DNA of 64,000 nt, taken from Tubulanus polymorphus (lineage: Eukaryota > Animalia > Nemertea). Below are positions 59,901 through 64,000 of this stretch, piece by piece. Made by a program: the position numbers and the translations under genes. Location of the stretch: positions 19,738,210 through 19,802,209 of the forward strand of contig NC_134030.1 of NCBI RefSeq assembly GCF_964204645.1. The letters are read 5' to 3'. Under the pieces are notes generated by a model that saw nothing but the letters and a program-made list of their open reading frames with translations, made no database searches and had not been told where the DNA came from. Within the stretch, counting starts at the first letter, position 1; the number at the start of each line of letters is the position of its first letter.

Positions 59901-61812
59901 AACTAATGGGTAAGCTGAGGGGTTTGACCCCCGATGAAACAGTTTTTGTGTAGCAAATGAAAGAAGTGTCCGGCGGAGTGAAGGCTAATAGAATGGGTAA
60001 AGGGGTAACGGGGATTGGGAGGTCTGCAGATCAAAGTAAAAATTCAGAATGCGGAGAAGCAATTTTTCGTATTTCAAATTTTTGAGGTAGCAAATAGCCC
60101 ACTAGCCCCCTGCTCGGCGATCCATATGCAGAATTAGGCCATTTTTGATTACTTGGGAGTAAGGCCGCGCCTCGCTGCCTCCGCTCAGTGATGCATACTA
60201 TCTGCATGGTTCCCACAGTTATACGAATTCAAAATTCCCAAGTTTTTTCCCAAGTATTTCATGAGTGATTTTTCAATTTTCCCAAATGGAAATGTACATG
60301 TCATATCGTCATGCTACAGTCTACATTTTAGTGGTGACTGGTTGATGAAGGTGATTTTCAAGGGAAATCGCTGAAGAAATTTGCACTTGGCAAATGCGAT
60401 ATGTAAAATGTAACTGAATTTCCCAAATATTTCCCCGATTTGAGGAAAATTTCTCACTCAAATTCCCAAATATTTCCAAACCGCAAATTATCATTTCCAA
60501 ATTCCCGAGTTTTTCCCAATTTCCCTGTTCCGTGATCAATTACGTACTGGTTGATTGTAGAGTTATTTCATACGTAGATTCACTGGATACGATCACGTAG
60601 TTCGCGTCGAATGCGTCCAAACCGACGCCATTCCGAACGAACGGATCGACGACCGTTCGCACTCCGGGGATTTTCCTCCACAATCCGATCCAACTGGTCG
60701 TGTCGTTCATGTACTTATCGTAAACCTCGCTCGCCGACGGCGCTTTGTACAGTTTCAGCGGCGCGTCGGTTTTCTGCGTCAGTTTTAGCTGAAAAATAGA
60801 TTTGACTTTGTCGAATTCACGTTTTTTTTAACGTATCTGACAAGACTGTGACATTTTGAGATTGAGCCATACATCTCCCTATGACATTATCAAATTGCCT
60901 TTTATTCTATGAAAACCATCCCTGAAAAGATGGCTGCCTTCGTAAATCTCCCTATGACATCATCGTATTGCCTTTTATTCGACAAAAACCATCCCCGAAA
61001 AGATGGCTGCCTTCGTAGATCTCCCTATGACATCATCGAATTGCCTTTTATTCGACGAAAACCATCCCTGAAAAGATGGCTGCCTTTGTAGATCTACCTA
61101 TGACATCATCGAATTTCCTTTTATTCGACGAAAACCATCCCTGAAAAGATGGCTGCCTTCGTAAATCTCCCTATGACATCATCGAATTGCCTTTTATTCG
61201 ACAAAAACCATCCCTGAAAAGATGGCTGCCTTCGTAAATCTCCCTATGACATCATCAACGTATGGCTACCTCCATTACCCTATGACATCATCAAATTGCC
61301 TATCATTCGACATAAACCTCCATGAAAAGATGGCCGTTTCCGGATAAATCTCACTATGAACTCATCATATTACTTTTTATTAATCAACATCCCCGAAAAG
61401 ATGGCTGGCTACCTCCATGGAATTACGGTCAAACTAACTAGCTTACCACGACTCTTTTCCAGATTGTCAGGTAAGACGCCGGCGTCCCGGCGTAACAATA
61501 GAATTCTAGCTTCTTCGAATTCATGCCCGTCTTTTCTACGTTTATCGACCGTTTACCGATTTCTTCCATTCGTCGGATTACTGCAGACAGAAAAATGAAA
61601 AAAAAAAATTAATTCGGGCTAAGAAAGCGGGAAGAACGCGATAAAACATCTCTGTTTAAAAAATCTACCCAGTCGGAACGAATCTTACAAAATTTGCCGC
61701 CTTGAAACGTTTCATCGCATTCGTTCGAGGCGTCAACTGAACTAAACAACACGACAAAATTCAAAAATAGCCGCAAAATTTGTTTTTCGTCGATTTTCAT
61801 GGGCGCCGCCAT
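56980..61812 (-). CDS. NEMP1: Nuclear envelope integral membrane protein (NEMP/TMEM194 family), 440 aa, 8 exons
   Basis: Exons 61812-61689 (signal peptide), 61580-61447 (FYCY...IWKRV), 60788-60548, 59506-59434, 59338-59245 ([32 protein letters not shown]), 58773-58424 (transmembrane helices, [11 protein letters not shown]), 57817-57656 ([31 protein letters not shown]), 57124-56980 ([13 protein letters not shown]). 1323 nt, phases consistent. Confidence 0.93.
58820..59215. repeat. 51-bp minisatellite family E filling a NEMP intron
   Basis: Same unit as 4622-5070. Confidence 0.9.
60875..61420. repeat. ~71-bp tandem repeat (CTCCCTATGACATCATC...GAAAAGATGGCTGCC)
   Basis: Tandem units. Reverse degenerate relatives at ~24330-24460, ~25230-25380, ~31260-31390, ~54560-54750 and ~57590-57640. 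Confidence 0.85.
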
Positions 61813-61899
61813 TTTCGAATACGGATTCGGAATCGTTGCCGGACACCGGACCTCGAGCGCCGGAGTAGTTTTAATCGTAGGTGAGACGGGGCGATGTTT

Positions 61900-62350
61900 G
61901 AGGCGTCATTAGTACGAGCATCCGATTTTTGCGATCGATTTCGTGAACGATTTGCTCCGATCGTACGATCGAAGCGAATGTTCTTAAAAATGACGATGGA
62001 TTTGGCTAATCACATGACATAAATATGGCGACGTTGAGGAAAAAAATGTATGGTTTTGAACTACCCGGTGCCGCCATCTTGGAAATCAAATCGCCAAATC
62101 GCTCGCCGAGCGAGTTGGTCGATTTCAAAAATCGATCGGAAAATCGTGTTCGTAAAAACGCCGATCGTGAAATCGATCGCAAAAATCGGTGCTCGTAAAT
62201 GCGTTCCTACGATCGATCGCAAAAATCGGATGCTCGTAAAAACGCCTTTGTTCACCAGATCGACAACGGCGTTTTTATTTGAGCAACTCGTATCAAATCG
62301 CTTCATCCATCGATCACTATTAATAATCGTGGCAAAAATCGAAACGCCTT
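61900..62350. mobile_element. TIR element (Harbinger-like) in the NEMP promoter region
   Basis: TACGAGCATCCGATTTTTGCGATCGAT near 61912 and its inverted copies ATCGATCGCAAAAATCGG(A)TGCTCGTAAA at ~62172-62245. Confidence 0.5.
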
Positions 62351-62354
62351 AAAT

Positions 62355-62830
62355 AATTCAATTCAATTCAATATATTTTTATTGTCCTTTGAGTAATATG
62401 AAATACAAGTCAGGTTTGTTTTTACAATAAAGATGAGAAAAGGGTAAAATACAAATTTATAGGAAATCATTCTAAAACGCAGTTGAAAAATATGAATAAA
62501 CATTTAAAAAAAAGATAACCGTAACAGTGGTCGATTATTTACATACGTTGTTCGAAGCCCAACGCGATGAATTTTGCGAGGGCTTTGGTTAGTTTAGGGG
62601 AACACCTAATAATTTTGAATTTTTCCGAATTGATCTCATTTTCATGAAGAGGCTAATACTTTTTAAATTCCATCAAAAGGTCTTTCCTGAGCTCCTGTAA
62701 CTTTGCACATTCAAGTAGAAAATGTAGCTCATCTTCTATTACAGCTTAATTGACCCCAGTATCCTTACGCCTAATTGTTATATAGTTACCTAGCCGTCGT
62801 TCCGGAAACAAAGGAAACTTTACAATCATT
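62355..62830 (-). mobile_element. 5'-truncated non-LTR retrotransposon 3' end
   Basis: Minus-strand remnant VIEDELHFLLECAKLQELRKDL resembles the C-terminal His/Cys motif of LINE ORF2. It is followed by AATAAA and a (TTGAA)n tail. Confidence 0.6.
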
Positions 62831-63079
62831 ATGATTGTTATGATCCTGGCCAGTTACCAAAATTGACGAATTAACACTTCCTCAATATCTGTTATCATAT
62901 ATAATGTAAATAAATGATGTGCTCTGTCTAAAAATATGCAGCTCTGTAGAAATTGTATGAAAAAGACTGCACTTTCGCAGAAAAGTTGCTTTCACCGAGA
63001 TTGTTTATATTCCAGTTATTACCGTTAACTACAAGTAAGTTCCTTCCCGCTATAGTCATAAGACACAACATCCACTGAC

Positions 63080-63410
63080 AGCACAGCTAAGGGAATTCCC
63101 CTAGGTGTCCCTCTCCTCGTCACAGCTGTGAAGGGAATTCCCCAAGGTGTCCCTCTCGTCGTCACAGCTGTGAAGGGAATTCCCCTAGGTGTCCCTCTCG
63201 TCGTAACAGCTGTGAAGGGAATTCCCCTAGGTGTCCCTCTCGTCGTCACAGCTGTGAAGGGAATTCCGGTGTCACTCTCCTCATCACAGCTGTGAAGGGA
63301 ATTCCCCTAAGTGTCCCTCTCACTGCAGCAGCAAGGAATCTCACTAGGTGTCGCCCTCACTACATCGGTCAGGAATGCCACTATAGGTGTCGCCCTCACT
63401 ACAGCTAGGT
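63080..63410. repeat. 42-bp tandem repeat
   Basis: CACAGCTGTGAAGGGAATTCCCCTAGGTGTCCCTCTCGTCGT, about 6 copies. Confidence 0.9.
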
Positions 63411-64000
63411 GAGTATATTAATTTCTGGGAATAAAAAACGATATTAAATTTAAGAATTAAATTAACCAACTGTGCAGTGTTGATCGCGCTATAGGGGAGT
63501 TTCGAGGCTATGATAAGACTGGTGATATGGTGTACTAATAAACCACGACGAATGGATCAGGCCCGATCCAAATTTTACCCGTGCCTAATTAGAGAGCGCG
63601 CTGACACGCGAACCACTCACTCGATACTAAACAATGCTTTAAAACGAAGCGATGTAAATCATTTTCAGAACGAGTTGAAACGCAATCATTTGACCCGCGC
63701 TAAATTTGGCTCGGGCCTGGTCCGACGTTGGTCCCCGACCAAACATGCACGGACCTACTTGGCACCCGTGGTCGCGGCTTAATTTAAATTATGACTGAAA
63801 TGCGCTTTCATTAATGTGTGATTACAATATCAAGATTAGATGCTTTAAGATAGAGATCGAATATCAAGTTTGAAAACAACATTTTATACAGAATTTATAA
63901 GATCAAAAGCAAAGTTTTTTTTACTAGAAATGTTAGAACAAAAAGACACGACGTTTCGGATTCTATCAGGTGGTGTATGTACGAAAATATTCTCTGTTTT

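Overview
Intron-rich eukaryotic (invertebrate, probably spiralian/lophotrochozoan) genomic DNA, with AT-rich repeat-filled introns and CpG-rich exons. Four spliced genes could be reconstructed by hand from splice sites and reading-frame phases. (1) HYOU1/GRP170, the ER-lumenal large Hsp70, on the minus strand: CDS 25525->4440, 22 coding exons, ~1036 aa. (2) A plus-strand J-domain (HPD) protein fused to two C2HC zinc fingers and a C-terminal Cys cluster of ZC2HC1 type (33412-~39636). (3) A ~1254-aa divergent TALE-class homeobox gene with a MEINOX-like domain and Thr at homeodomain position 50 (47188-54093). (4) NEMP1/TMEM194 on the minus strand (61812->56980, 440 aa). The most notable observation is a diverged duplicate of a late HYOU1 exon (7350/7373-7709) hidden in an intron. 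It has a same-phase acceptor and a candidate GC donor, so it may be a mutually exclusive or alternative terminal exon giving GRP170 a basic coiled-coil segment. Non-coding DNA holds piggyBac-, Harbinger-, Tc1- and hAT-like MITEs (some nested), a SINE, a LINE tail, hammerhead-like motifs of Penelope type and many minisatellite families. Gene models are manual and not checked against transcripts.
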